Below, piece by piece: positions 32,037 to 40,976 of a stretch of DNA of 64,000 nt. Position 1 is the stretch's first letter. Every line of letters begins with the position of its first letter. Source of the stretch: Candidatus Eiseniibacteriota bacterium (lineage in GTDB: Bacteria; Eisenbacteria; RBG-16-71-46); NCBI GenBank assembly GCA_031370785.1, contig JANMQY010000061.1:38786-102785 (forward strand). Direction: 5' to 3'. A model generated the notes under the pieces. That model made no database searches and was not told the origin of the DNA. It saw nothing but the letters and a program-made list of their open reading frames with translations. The translations under genes and the position numbers were made by a program.

Positions 32037-34612
32037 GGGCGCGCACTCACCAGGTTCGCGAACAGCCGGTACGCGCCGGGAACGCCGGCCGGGAGCTGTC
32101 GGAACCACGAGTAACCGGTGTAGATGAAGACGCCATTCCCGTAGTGGGCGTAGAGGATTCCCGCGTCGCGCGCCGGCTCGCCCGGATCGTTGGACGAGAT
32201 CACGGTCTCGTACCTGGGATCGTACGGATTCGGGAAGTAGAGCCCGCGCTCCTGAACCCAGCCCTCGAAGTCCGCCGCCGTGATGCGGTTCGGGCGCGTG
32301 AGCAGCGGATGCTCGGGGCTCAGCAGCCGGATCGGCGCCTCTTCCACGGTGACCCGGTCGCGCGAGATCGTGAACGGCCAGGGGCCGAGCCGATCCTTGA
32401 GCGCCTCGTCGGCGGTGTCGTACTGCAGCACCAGCGTGCCTCCGCCCCGCACGTACTCGAGCAGGCGGGGCTGCACCACGCGCAGGCGCGCTCGGGTGTT
32501 GTAGGCGCGCACTCCGACCACGATCGACGAAAAACGCGAGAGCGAGGCATTGCCGAGATCGTCGTCGCTGAGCGCCGTCACGTGCCAGCCCATCTGGCGC
32601 AGAGCGTCCGGGATCTGATCGCCGCTGCCGGCGATGTATCCGACTTCATCGCCGACCCGCTTGAGATCGACGCGCACCAGGCGCGCCTCGGCCGGCGGCA
32701 GCAGGGTCTCGACCGGAATGTGAGGATAGTCGATGGTCACGCGCCGATTGGCGTATTGCACGCCTCCGCTCTCGACCCAGGCCGAGAGCGTGGCGGCCGC
32801 GGGTCCGGCACCCGGCGTCACCGTGAAGCGCAGCGTGGTCTCGTTTCCCTTTCCCTTGAGCGCGACCGGGGCGCCCGCAGGTTCGCACTTCCAGCCTTCG
32901 GGAAGCCCGAGTCGCGCGACGCCCGAGAGCGGCTCATCGCCGCACTCGACCGTCAGGCGCACCTCGCGCGGCGCGGCATCCGGGAACAGGTAGACGCCCT
33001 GATCGAGCCGGAGCGATACCGGGGGCACGACCTCGAACGGCCGGTAACGTTCGCCCAGCACCGGATCGGTCGAGCGGTAGACCACCGGGACATCGTAGGG
33101 AATGGACTCGCCCTCGATCCGCACCGTGAACCCGACCGAGAGCGCAGGCGGATCCTCCGGCGCGCCGACCAGGCCGAGATCCCGGACCCGGAACAGGCCC
33201 TTGCCCGAGGGCTCGCGCAGCCAGTAGGGCTGGGTGGTCGCGAGATCCGCGGGCAGCTGGATCACGGCCTGAGCAGTCGCCGCGCGGTTGTCAGGAAGCT
33301 TCTGGTCTCGCACTTCGCTGCCGGGAGCGCCCTGCTCGGCCATCGCGGAGGTACCGCCGAATCCCCCTGAAAGCGGCGCGGGCGGGGTCGGCGCGGCCGC
33401 GAGCGCGCCAAACGGCATCGCGACGCGCTCGAGCACCAGCGGCGCCTTCGAGCGATTGAGCGCGAGCGCGGTCACCCTGATCGTGCCGCCCGGGGAGGCC
33501 GACGGAGACTGTGCCACCGCCTCGAGCCAGAGTCCGGCGCAGGCGCGAATCACCTCTTCCAGCTCGCCGCGCTTGAAGGCGACCCACGGGTCCTCTCCGA
33601 GCCGCGCGAGCTCGCGGTGCGCGCGCACCAGAGGCGGCAGGCTCGCGGCCGGGCGCGCCGGATCGAACGTGCGCGTGGCGAGGGCGAGCTGCGCCGCGAC
33701 TCCCGCCGCACCCTGAACCCGGCGCCAGTCCGTGACCACGCCGTCGAACAGGTCGCTGTCAGCGGGGGCGCCGCCGCGCAGCATGTACCAGCTGTCGATC
33801 GAGCCGCGGCGCTCGGCGGACCCAAAGCCCTGACTCTTGTGCATGCTCCGGCCTTCGGCCGCGATCTCGGTGTAGGAGCGCCCGAGCAGCGCGCTGTAGC
33901 GACCGAGATCCAGCCTTAGCATCTTCGCGCCGCGCGTGGTGTCGGGGCGCCACGAGTTCCAAACGATGCGCTTCGCCTGCCACGGCCTGACCCCTCGCGC
34001 GAGCTGCTCCGGAAAACGCCTGGGATCGGCCGCCGCGATGAACGCCTCTTCGGCGAGGATCGCCGAGGCGGTGTGATGGCCATGGCCGCCGCTGCCGTCG
34101 GTCGGGAAGCGGGTGATGAGGATGTCCGGGCGGAACCTGCGGATCACCCACACCATGTCGGCCAGCACCGAATCGCGTCCCCAGATCGCCAGCGTCTCGT
34201 CCGGATTCTTGGAGAACCCGAAGTCGATCGCGCGGGTGAAGAACTGCTCGGCGCCATCCACCCGGCGCGCAGCGAGCAGCTCCTGCGTGCGAATCACCCC
34301 GAGAGCCTCTCCGGTCTCGGTGCCGAGCAGGTTCTGTCCCCCGTCGCCGCGGGTCAGCGACAGATAGCCGACCCTCGCCAGCCGCTCGCGCGACAGGTAG
34401 GCGAGCAGCGCGGTGTTCTCGTCGTCGGGATGCGCCGCGATGTAAAGCGCGCTCTCGAGCACTGAGAGCTTGCGGATTGCAAGGCCCAGCTGCGCGCCGT
34501 CCATGGGTTCGCGCGGGCGCGCATCAGCGCGCGCCCCGGGAACGATCGCGAGCATGACGGCGGCGGTAAGGCAGAAGGTACGAAGCGCGAGATCACGGGC
34601 TCGGGAGAGCAC
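32033..34612 (-). CDS. Exported multidomain PIG-L/LmbE-family N-deacetylase
   Basis: AAHPDDE, TRGDGGQN, R.QEL..ARR.DG, DFGFSK, HGHH; C-terminal Ig-like and GATase-like region (GWVQERGLYF, FRQLPAGVPGA). Confidence 0.88.
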   Translation of the reverse strand: MLSRARDLALRTFCLTAAVMLAIVPGARADARPREPMDGAQLGLAIRKLSVLESALYIAAHPDDENTALLAYLSRERLARVGYLSLTRGDGGQNLLGTETGEALGVIRTQELLAARRVDGAEQFFTRAIDFGFSKNPDETLAIWGRDSVLADMVWVIRRFRPDILITRFPTDGSGGHGHHTASAILAEEAFIAAADPRRFPEQLARGVRPWQAKRIVWNSWRPDTTRGAKMLRLDLGRYSALLGRSYTEIAAEGRSMHKSQGFGSAERRGSIDSWYMLRGGAPADSDLFDGVVTDWRRVQGAAGVAAQLALATRTFDPARPAASLPPLVRAHRELARLGEDPWVAFKRGELEEVIRACAGLWLEAVAQSPSASPGGTIRVTALALNRSKAPLVLERVAMPFGALAAAPTPPAPLSGGFGGTSAMAEQGAPGSEVRDQKLPDNRAATAQAVIQLPADLATTQPYWLREPSGKGLFRVRDLGLVGAPEDPPALSVGFTVRIEGESIPYDVPVVYRSTDPVLGERYRPFEVVPPVSLRLDQGVYLFPDAAPREVRLTVECGDEPLSGVARLGLPEGWKCEPAGAPVALKGKGNETTLRFTVTPGAGPAAATLSAWVESGGVQYANRRVTIDYPHIPVETLLPPAEARLVRVDLKRVGDEVGYIAGSGDQIPDALRQMGWHVTALSDDDLGNASLSRFSSIVVGVRAYNTRARLRVVQPRLLEYVRGGGTLVLQYDTADEALKDRLGPWPFTISRDRVTVEEAPIRLLSPEHPLLTRPNRITAADFEGWVQERGLYFPNPYDPRYETVISSNDPGEPARDAGILYAHYGNGVFIYTGYSWFRQLPAGVPGAYRLFANLVSARP

Positions 34613-36072
34613 TACTTCAGCACCTCGGCGCCCCACAGGTCGCGAAGCTCGACCTTGCCCTCGTTCAGCGCGCGGATGCCGCTCTCGACGGCACTGCGGT
34701 CCCCGACCACCACGATCGCGAAATGAACGGGATCGAGGTACTTCCGAGCCACGCGCTGCACGTCGGCAACAGTCACCGCGCGCACTTTCGGAATGTAGGT
34801 CTGCCACGTGTCGAGCGGCAGGTCGTTGGCCAGAAGGTCGAGATAGCGCCCCGCCGCGCCGGCGGTGGTCTCGAACTCGCTGGGCAGACTGAGTGCGATG
34901 TACGACTTCGTCTTTTCGAGCTCGGCTTGGGGGACGGGTTCCTCGCGCACCCGGCGCAGCTCCTTGAGGAATTCGATCAGGGAGCTGTCGGTCTTCGCGG
35001 TCACCACCGAGGCCGAGGCGCGGAACGGGCCGGGCATGTGTCGCATGTCGAAGCCGGAGCCCGCGCCATACGTGTAGCCGTGCGTCTCGCGCAGGTTCTG
35101 GTTGAGGCGCGAGGTGAACGAGCCTCCGAGCAGCGTGTTGAGCACCTGCAGCGCGAAGTAGTCGGGCGTCGAGCGCGCGACGCCGACCTGCCCGATGCGG
35201 ATCACGCTCTGCGCCGCCCCCGGCTTGTCCACCAGGTAGAACGCGCGCGGCGCCGGCGCCGGCGCGCTCGCGACCGGCATCGCCGGAGCATCGCCCTTTG
35301 CCCACGAACCGAAGCGTGAGGTCACCAGCGCCTTCGCCTCGGCCGGCGTGATGTCGCCGACCAGGAGCAGTCGGGCCGCGCCCGGACGGTATTGCGTCTG
35401 CCAGAACCGCACGACCGCCGCGCGATCGAGGCTCGCGACCGAAGCATCGTTTCCGTTGATCGGGCGCCCGTACGGATGCTGGGTGCCGAAAATGATCGCG
35501 TTGAAAGCGAGCGGCGCAATCTGGGTCGGCTCGTCGCGCAGCTGGAGCAGCGCGGTCTTGCGCAGCTCGCGCCGGCGCGCGATCTCGCTGTCCGGGAAGG
35601 TCGGACGCAGCGTGACGTCGGCCATCAGGTCCAGGCCCTCGGCCAGCCGGCGCCTGGTCACGTGCAGGCTGACCTGACTCATCTCGGGCCCGGCATCGGT
35701 GCTGAACGAGGCGCCCAGATAGTCGGCCTGCTCGGCGATGTCGAGCGCGCTGCGCGATCCCGCGCCCTCGTCGAGCATGTCGGCGGTGAACGTCGCCAGC
35801 CCCGGCTGATCCGACGGATCGAACACCGCGCCGGCGCGCACCAGCAGCGTCGCGTCGACCACCGGCGCTTCGTGCATCTCGACCACCGCGATCTCGAGGC
35901 CATTGGCGAGGCGCTGGAGCTGCACCGGCGGAAGGCGCAGCGGCGCGGGCGGGGCGAGCGCCGGCGGGTGGCTGCGGTCGAGCGCGGCGCCGGCCGGAGC
36001 CGGCGGCAACGCGGCCAGAATCAGGAACAGCACACTCGTCGCTGAGAAGCTGCGCAGATTCGCCCCGCTCAC
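34612..36072 (-). CDS. M16 (pitrilysin) peptidase, non-catalytic subunit
   Basis: LANGL.I, PGLA.FTA.MLDEG (no HxxEH), HPYG, LGG.F.SRL..NLRE..GYTY; signal peptide. Confidence 0.88.
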   Translation of the reverse strand: MSGANLRSFSATSVLFLILAALPPAPAGAALDRSHPPALAPPAPLRLPPVQLQRLANGLEIAVVEMHEAPVVDATLLVRAGAVFDPSDQPGLATFTADMLDEGAGSRSALDIAEQADYLGASFSTDAGPEMSQVSLHVTRRRLAEGLDLMADVTLRPTFPDSEIARRRELRKTALLQLRDEPTQIAPLAFNAIIFGTQHPYGRPINGNDASVASLDRAAVVRFWQTQYRPGAARLLLVGDITPAEAKALVTSRFGSWAKGDAPAMPVASAPAPAPRAFYLVDKPGAAQSVIRIGQVGVARSTPDYFALQVLNTLLGGSFTSRLNQNLRETHGYTYGAGSGFDMRHMPGPFRASASVVTAKTDSSLIEFLKELRRVREEPVPQAELEKTKSYIALSLPSEFETTAGAAGRYLDLLANDLPLDTWQTYIPKVRAVTVADVQRVARKYLDPVHFAIVVVGDRSAVESGIRALNEGKVELRDLWGAEVLK

Positions 36073-37487
36073 GGCCTCACCTCCCGGCTCACCGCCAGAT
36101 CCTTCTTGCCCGCCGGGACCACGCTCAGGACCACGCGGTGCGCACCGGTGAGATAGTGGGCCGCGGCGCGCTGCACGTCGGCCGGAGTGAGCCGGCGGTA
36201 GCGATCCAGGTCCTTCTCGAAATAGTCCGGGGTTCCCGTGAAGTAGTTGTAGAAGTTCAGCTGGTTGGCCTTGCCACCGAAACCGCCGACGTGCTCCAGG
36301 CCGTCGAGGAACTGTGCCTCGGTGCTGTTGAACATGCGCTCCATCTCGCGCTGGGAAGGCGGGCTCTCCGCCAGGCGCGCGACCTCTTCGTCGATCACCT
36401 TCTGCAGCTCGCCGAGCCCGTGCCCGGGAGTCGCGGTCGCGACGATCTGGAGTGCGCCGTCGAGCCGCTGGCTGTTCTGGAACGCGCTGACCTGGGAGGC
36501 GTTCTGCATCTCGTACACCAGCCGCCGGTAGAGGCGCGACGACTTGCCGGAGGCGAGGATCGCGGTCACGGCGTCGAGGGCCGCGTCGTCGGCGGCAAAC
36601 GCGCGCGTCGTGTGCCAGGCGAGGTACAGGCGCGGGAGCTGCACGCGGTCCTCGAGCGTGGCCACCACATCGGCGGGGAGCGTGAACGCCGGCGCCGATG
36701 GGTGCGGCACGTCGGCGCCGCGCGGGATCTCGCCGAACGCGTCGGTCACCAGGCGCCTGGCTTCCGCCGGCGTGATGTCGCCCGCGATCACGAGGGTGGC
36801 GTTGTTCGGAACGTAGTACTTCTGGAAGAACCCGCGCACGTCCTCGATCGAGGCGGCGTCGAGGTCCGTCATCGAGCCGATCGTGGTCCAGTGATACGGA
36901 TGCCCCTGCGGGTAGAGGCGCTTCGCGATGTTCTCCTGAGCCAGACCGTACGGCGCGTTCTCGTAGCGCTGGCGACGTTCGTTCTTCACCACGCCGCGCT
37001 GCAGGTCGACCTTCTCCGGCGTGATCTCGGGCGGGAGCCAGCCCATGCGGTCCGAGTCCAGCCACACCATCAGCGGCAGCGCGTTGGCCGGCCCGTCCTC
37101 GTAGTAGTTGGTGCGGTCGGTGTTGGTCGAGCCGTTGTTGTTCGCTCCCGCCGCCTCGAGCATCTGGTCGAACTGTCCGGTCGGGACGTGCTGCGAACCC
37201 ATGAACATGATGTGCTCGAACAGATGCGCGAAGCCGGTACGACCCGGCCTCTCGTCACCCGAGCCGACGTGGTACCACATGTTCGCGGTGACGACCGGAA
37301 CCGAGTGGTCCTCGTGCAGAATCACCTGCAGACCATTTCGCAGGGTGAAGCTCTGGTGGGGAACGCGCAGCGCGGCGCGCGCCGGGGCTGGCGCGAGCAG
37401 CAGCGCGAGCGCGAGCGCGAGCGAGCCTGCGAGCGTCGTCGTCGTGGCGGCTGCGGCACGGAACTCGAAGCCGGTGGATCGGTGCAT
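36069..37487 (-). CDS. M16 (pitrilysin) zinc peptidase, catalytic subunit
   Basis: GFAHLFEH inverted Zn motif, N.ST..DRTNY, VVKNERR, HPY..TIG, YY.PNNA. Confidence 0.92.
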   Translation of the reverse strand: MHRSTGFEFRAAAATTTTLAGSLALALALLLAPAPARAALRVPHQSFTLRNGLQVILHEDHSVPVVTANMWYHVGSGDERPGRTGFAHLFEHIMFMGSQHVPTGQFDQMLEAAGANNNGSTNTDRTNYYEDGPANALPLMVWLDSDRMGWLPPEITPEKVDLQRGVVKNERRQRYENAPYGLAQENIAKRLYPQGHPYHWTTIGSMTDLDAASIEDVRGFFQKYYVPNNATLVIAGDITPAEARRLVTDAFGEIPRGADVPHPSAPAFTLPADVVATLEDRVQLPRLYLAWHTTRAFAADDAALDAVTAILASGKSSRLYRRLVYEMQNASQVSAFQNSQRLDGALQIVATATPGHGLGELQKVIDEEVARLAESPPSQREMERMFNSTEAQFLDGLEHVGGFGGKANQLNFYNYFTGTPDYFEKDLDRYRRLTPADVQRAAAHYLTGAHRVVLSVVPAGKKDLAVSREVRP

Positions 37488-37876
37488 GGGACGCCTTTCG
37501 GGTCTGGAGCCGGCGCGGAAGGGCGCTCGGGGGCCGGCGCATGACGAATGTAAGAATGGGATGAAAATCGGCCGGATGCTGGTCAGCGGCGGCAAGTATT
37601 GCAGCCCCCCGAGGTCGAGAGCCAGACCCGGCTCCGTCCTTCAGGCCCACTCATCGCCGGGAATACCGCGCTCGCCCGAAACGCGCCGGGGGAACGCATT
37701 CGGTGTGGCCGCATCGGCCTAGCGCCCGCACCTCATCCGGCCCCCGCTCAGGAAGGCCCTCCACGATGTTATTTCTCGCCAGCACGCCGGAACGGTGCGA
37801 TCCGATGGCTCGGTGTGTGCTAGGTTGAACACTTTTGCGGGACGTATTCGAAGCTTCTCCGTGCAAGGAGGCAGTT

Positions 37877-38539
37877 TTGATCATCGGCGCGATCTTGGGG
37901 GCTGTGGTTGTCGGGGTCCTTCAGGCCAGCTTCTTCGAGTGGACATTCCATCGTTTCTGGCTGCACCGCCCGTGGTTGCCCGCGCAGGTATTCACCGCGC
38001 ACACCCTGGTGCACCATCAGCTGTGCAAATTCGACGACACCTTCGAAGTCACCGAGGAGGAGCAGGAGGAAGCCCTGCACTTCCAGTGGTGGGGCGGACC
38101 GGTCCTGATCGCGATCAACATGGTCCCGTGGACCCTCGCGGCGTGGGCGCTCCATAACGCCGGCGTCCAGTTCCCCTACATCGCCGCCCTGGTCACGATC
38201 GCCGCAACCATCTTCGTCTACTACCTCGCGTACGAAGGCCTGCACCTGCTGATGCACAAGCCGACGTTCCCGTGGATCGAGAACTCCGGCTTCTTCCGCT
38301 TCATCAAGAACCACCACCGGATCCATCACACCCAGATGGCGAAGAATCTCAACGTGGTGCTGCCGATCGCCGACTTCTTCCTCGGTTCGCTGGTGCGCTT
38401 CGAGCCCGAAGCGACCGCGCACGTCACGACCGCGGCCGCACGCCGCACCGCGCGACGCCACAGCCGCAGGCACCCGGAGTCAATTCCGACCGAAGACGCC
38501 CCGGGCACCGCGCGCAGCGAGGAAAGCGTCACGCGCTGA
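37877..38539 (+). CDS. Fatty acid hydroxylase / sterol desaturase-family membrane di-iron protein
   Basis: His boxes EWTFHRFWLH, HTLVHH, YEGLHLLMH, HHRIHH; NLNVV.P.AD; AAGGAGG RBS before TTG. Confidence 0.82.
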   Translation: MIIGAILGAVVVGVLQASFFEWTFHRFWLHRPWLPAQVFTAHTLVHHQLCKFDDTFEVTEEEQEEALHFQWWGGPVLIAINMVPWTLAAWALHNAGVQFPYIAALVTIAATIFVYYLAYEGLHLLMHKPTFPWIENSGFFRFIKNHHRIHHTQMAKNLNVVLPIADFFLGSLVRFEPEATAHVTTAAARRTARRHSRRHPESIPTEDAPGTARSEESVTR

Positions 38540-38582
38540 TCGTCGCGACGCGCGAGCCACACACACCGCGCCATCGATCTGA

Positions 38583-38624
38583 AAATGAGCCCGCGCCGCG
38601 GAGACACGCGGCGCGGGCTCATTT
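38583..38624. terminator. Bidirectional terminator-like hairpin between convergent genes
   Basis: Perfect 18-bp inverted repeat AAATGAGCCCGCGCCGCG-N6-CGCGGCGCGGGCTCATTT; the fabF stop codon lies within one arm. Confidence 0.75.
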
Positions 38625-39857
38625 CTGCTTCGCGCGCCGGAGCACCAGCACGCCGTTGTGCCCACCGAAGCCAAATGCATTCGAGAGCACGCAGTCCACG
38701 TGCGCTTCACGCGCCTGGTTCGGCACGTAGTCGAGATCGCACTCGGGATCAGGGTTCTCGAGGTTGATGGTCGGGTGGATCATGTCGCGGGTGATGGTGA
38801 GCACCGCGACCGCGGCTTCGATGGCCGAGGAGGCGCCGAGCGAGTGCCCGGTCATCGACTTGGTGGCGTGACACGCGAGTTTCCGGGCATGCGCGCCGAA
38901 CACCTCCTTGATCGCGCGGGTCTCGGTGACGTCGTTGAGCGGGGTCGAGGTGCCGTGCGCGTTCACCACCTGCACGTCCTCAGGGCCAAGGCGCGCATCG
39001 GCGAGCGCCGCGCGCATCGCGCGCACCGCGCCCCGTCCCTCGGGATCGGGCGCGGTGGCGTGATAGCCGTCGCCGGTCGCACCGTACCCGGCGAGCTCGG
39101 CCAGGATCGTGGCCCCGCGCGCGCGCGCGTGCTCGAGGCTTTCCAGCACCAGCACCGCCGCGCCCTCGGCGATCACGAACCCGTCGCGGTCGACGCTGAA
39201 TGGACGCGAGGCGCTCTCGGGCGAGTCGTTGCGCGTGCTCAGCGCGCGCAGCTGGCAGTAGCCGTCCACCGCGAATCGATCGAGGGTGCTCTCGGCCGCC
39301 CCGGCCAGCGCCACCTGGGCGCGGCCGTTGCGGATCAGGTCGAGCGCCGCGCCGATCGAGTTCGCGCCGGCCGCGCACGCCGTGCTGATGCACAGGTTGA
39401 CCCCGCGGCATCCGGTCTCGATCGCGATCGCGCCGCCGGCCATGTTCGGAATGATCATCGGCACGGTCAGCGGCGCGAAGCGGCCGGGACCGCGCTCGAG
39501 GAAGACAGCGTGCTCCTGCATCAGGTACTCGAAGCCGCCGATTCCGGAGCCGATCACCACCGCGACGTCCTCGCGGTTCTCGACCGTGGCCAGCCCGGAG
39601 CGCTCCATCGCCTCGTGCGCGGCGGCCAGCGCGAGCTGGGTGAATCGCGCCGCGCGCCGCGCCAGCTTGCCGGGAAGCGAGGCGGGATCGAAGTCCCGGA
39701 CTTCGCCCGCGATCCGGCTGCGCAGGTCCGACGCGTCGAATCGGGTGATCGGGCCGATCCCGGATCGCCCGTGGATCAGCGCGTCCCAGAATCGCTCGAC
39801 CCCGGTGCCGACCGACGAGCACACGCCCATGCCGGTGACGACGACCGTGGTGGTCAT
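38619..39857 (-). CDS. fabF: Beta-ketoacyl-ACP synthase II
   Basis: VVVTGMG, STACAAG, SRPF..RDGFV..EG, NAHGTST..ND, KSMTGH, SNAFGFGGHN (Cys-His-His triad). Confidence 0.93.
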   Translation of the reverse strand: MTTTVVVTGMGVCSSVGTGVERFWDALIHGRSGIGPITRFDASDLRSRIAGEVRDFDPASLPGKLARRAARFTQLALAAAHEAMERSGLATVENREDVAVVIGSGIGGFEYLMQEHAVFLERGPGRFAPLTVPMIIPNMAGGAIAIETGCRGVNLCISTACAAGANSIGAALDLIRNGRAQVALAGAAESTLDRFAVDGYCQLRALSTRNDSPESASRPFSVDRDGFVIAEGAAVLVLESLEHARARGATILAELAGYGATGDGYHATAPDPEGRGAVRAMRAALADARLGPEDVQVVNAHGTSTPLNDVTETRAIKEVFGAHARKLACHATKSMTGHSLGASSAIEAAVAVLTITRDMIHPTINLENPDPECDLDYVPNQAREAHVDCVLSNAFGFGGHNGVLVLRRAKQK

Positions 39858-39861
39858 CCGG

Positions 39862-40833
39862 TCAGTCCATCGCGAATTCGCGATGGAAGATCAGATCGAA
39901 CGAGAACGTCTTCGAGGTGCTCTTCGACTCGACGTATTCGGCGATCTTCTGGAGGCGGCGCGGAATGTCGAGAATCTTCTCCTGCGCCCGCGCGCCGGCC
40001 TCCTTCAGCCCGGTCAGGGACTCGATCTTCCAGAACGCGATCAGGTCGACGACGATGCGCAGGTAGTCGCGCGGTCCGTAGATGCCCGAACGCCGGATCA
40101 CGTCGGCCAGCTCGCGGAAGTGCGGCATCGAAGCGCCCGGCATCTCGATGCTCGGCATGACGCGCACCGCGGAAGCCAGAGCCTGGTCCGGGTCGCGTTC
40201 GAGCACCTCGGCGAACACCTGGCGATAGAACGCGTAGTGGCGGGCCTCATCCCCGGCGATCCTGCCGAGCATGTAGCCGATGCGTGGCTCGTACTCTCCG
40301 CACAGCTTTCCGGTGTTGGCGTGCGACACCTGGGTGGCGCGCTCCTGCAGCGAGGTGTACACGAACACCCGGTAGGGATCGTAGTCCCAGTCCGGATGAA
40401 AGCCGCTGCGCAGGTAGGCGAATTGCATCTTCTCGAGACTCTGCGCGTGGAGGATGCGCGACTCGCGGCAGTAGTCGTGGAGCACCGCGCCGTGCCGATC
40501 CTCCTCGGCGGTCCACAGATTGTTCCAGCGACGCCAGAAGGTGTCGTCTCCGAAATGCACCGCGAGCAGGCGGTGGAAATGCGGCAGCCCCTCCTCGGTG
40601 ACGAGGTTGAGGGCGAGCGCGACCCGGGCCGGATCGGGAATCCCGTTCGCGCGCGCGCGCACCTCGGCCAGCCGCCGGTCCGGATCGTCGTTCTCCTCGG
40701 CGCCCCACAGGTCGCTCGGCCACCACAGCTCGCGCTTGGATTCGTGCTGGCTCATCAGCTCGCCCACGATGTCTTCGAGATGCGACAGCACCTCGATCTT
40801 GGAAAGCAATGTAGTCGCGGGTTCGGGTGGCAC
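39862..40833 (-). CDS. Soluble acyl-ACP desaturase (ferritin-like di-iron, DesA1/plant-type)
   Basis: NL.TEE.LP, WTAEEDRHG, YTS.QERAT..SH, IAGDEARH..FY, MPG, GIY. Confidence 0.9.
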   Translation of the reverse strand: MPPEPATTLLSKIEVLSHLEDIVGELMSQHESKRELWWPSDLWGAEENDDPDRRLAEVRARANGIPDPARVALALNLVTEEGLPHFHRLLAVHFGDDTFWRRWNNLWTAEEDRHGAVLHDYCRESRILHAQSLEKMQFAYLRSGFHPDWDYDPYRVFVYTSLQERATQVSHANTGKLCGEYEPRIGYMLGRIAGDEARHYAFYRQVFAEVLERDPDQALASAVRVMPSIEMPGASMPHFRELADVIRRSGIYGPRDYLRIVVDLIAFWKIESLTGLKEAGARAQEKILDIPRRLQKIAEYVESKSTSKTFSFDLIFHREFAMD

Positions 40834-40976
40834 GAGTGGGCTCCAGTGTCTTCAGGAGTGGGTATCGCGTGGGGAGATTGAATCCGCAACGATACCCGTC
40901 GCGCGCGCCCATGCCAAGCGCGGGATCGGGCCTCGCCCGATGCGATCGGGTGATCGCACGCTGATCGGACCCCGCT

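Noticed and set aside
37392..37445. GCGAGC tandem repeats
   Set aside because: Encodes the LALALALLLA hydrophobic signal peptide of the M16 peptidase.
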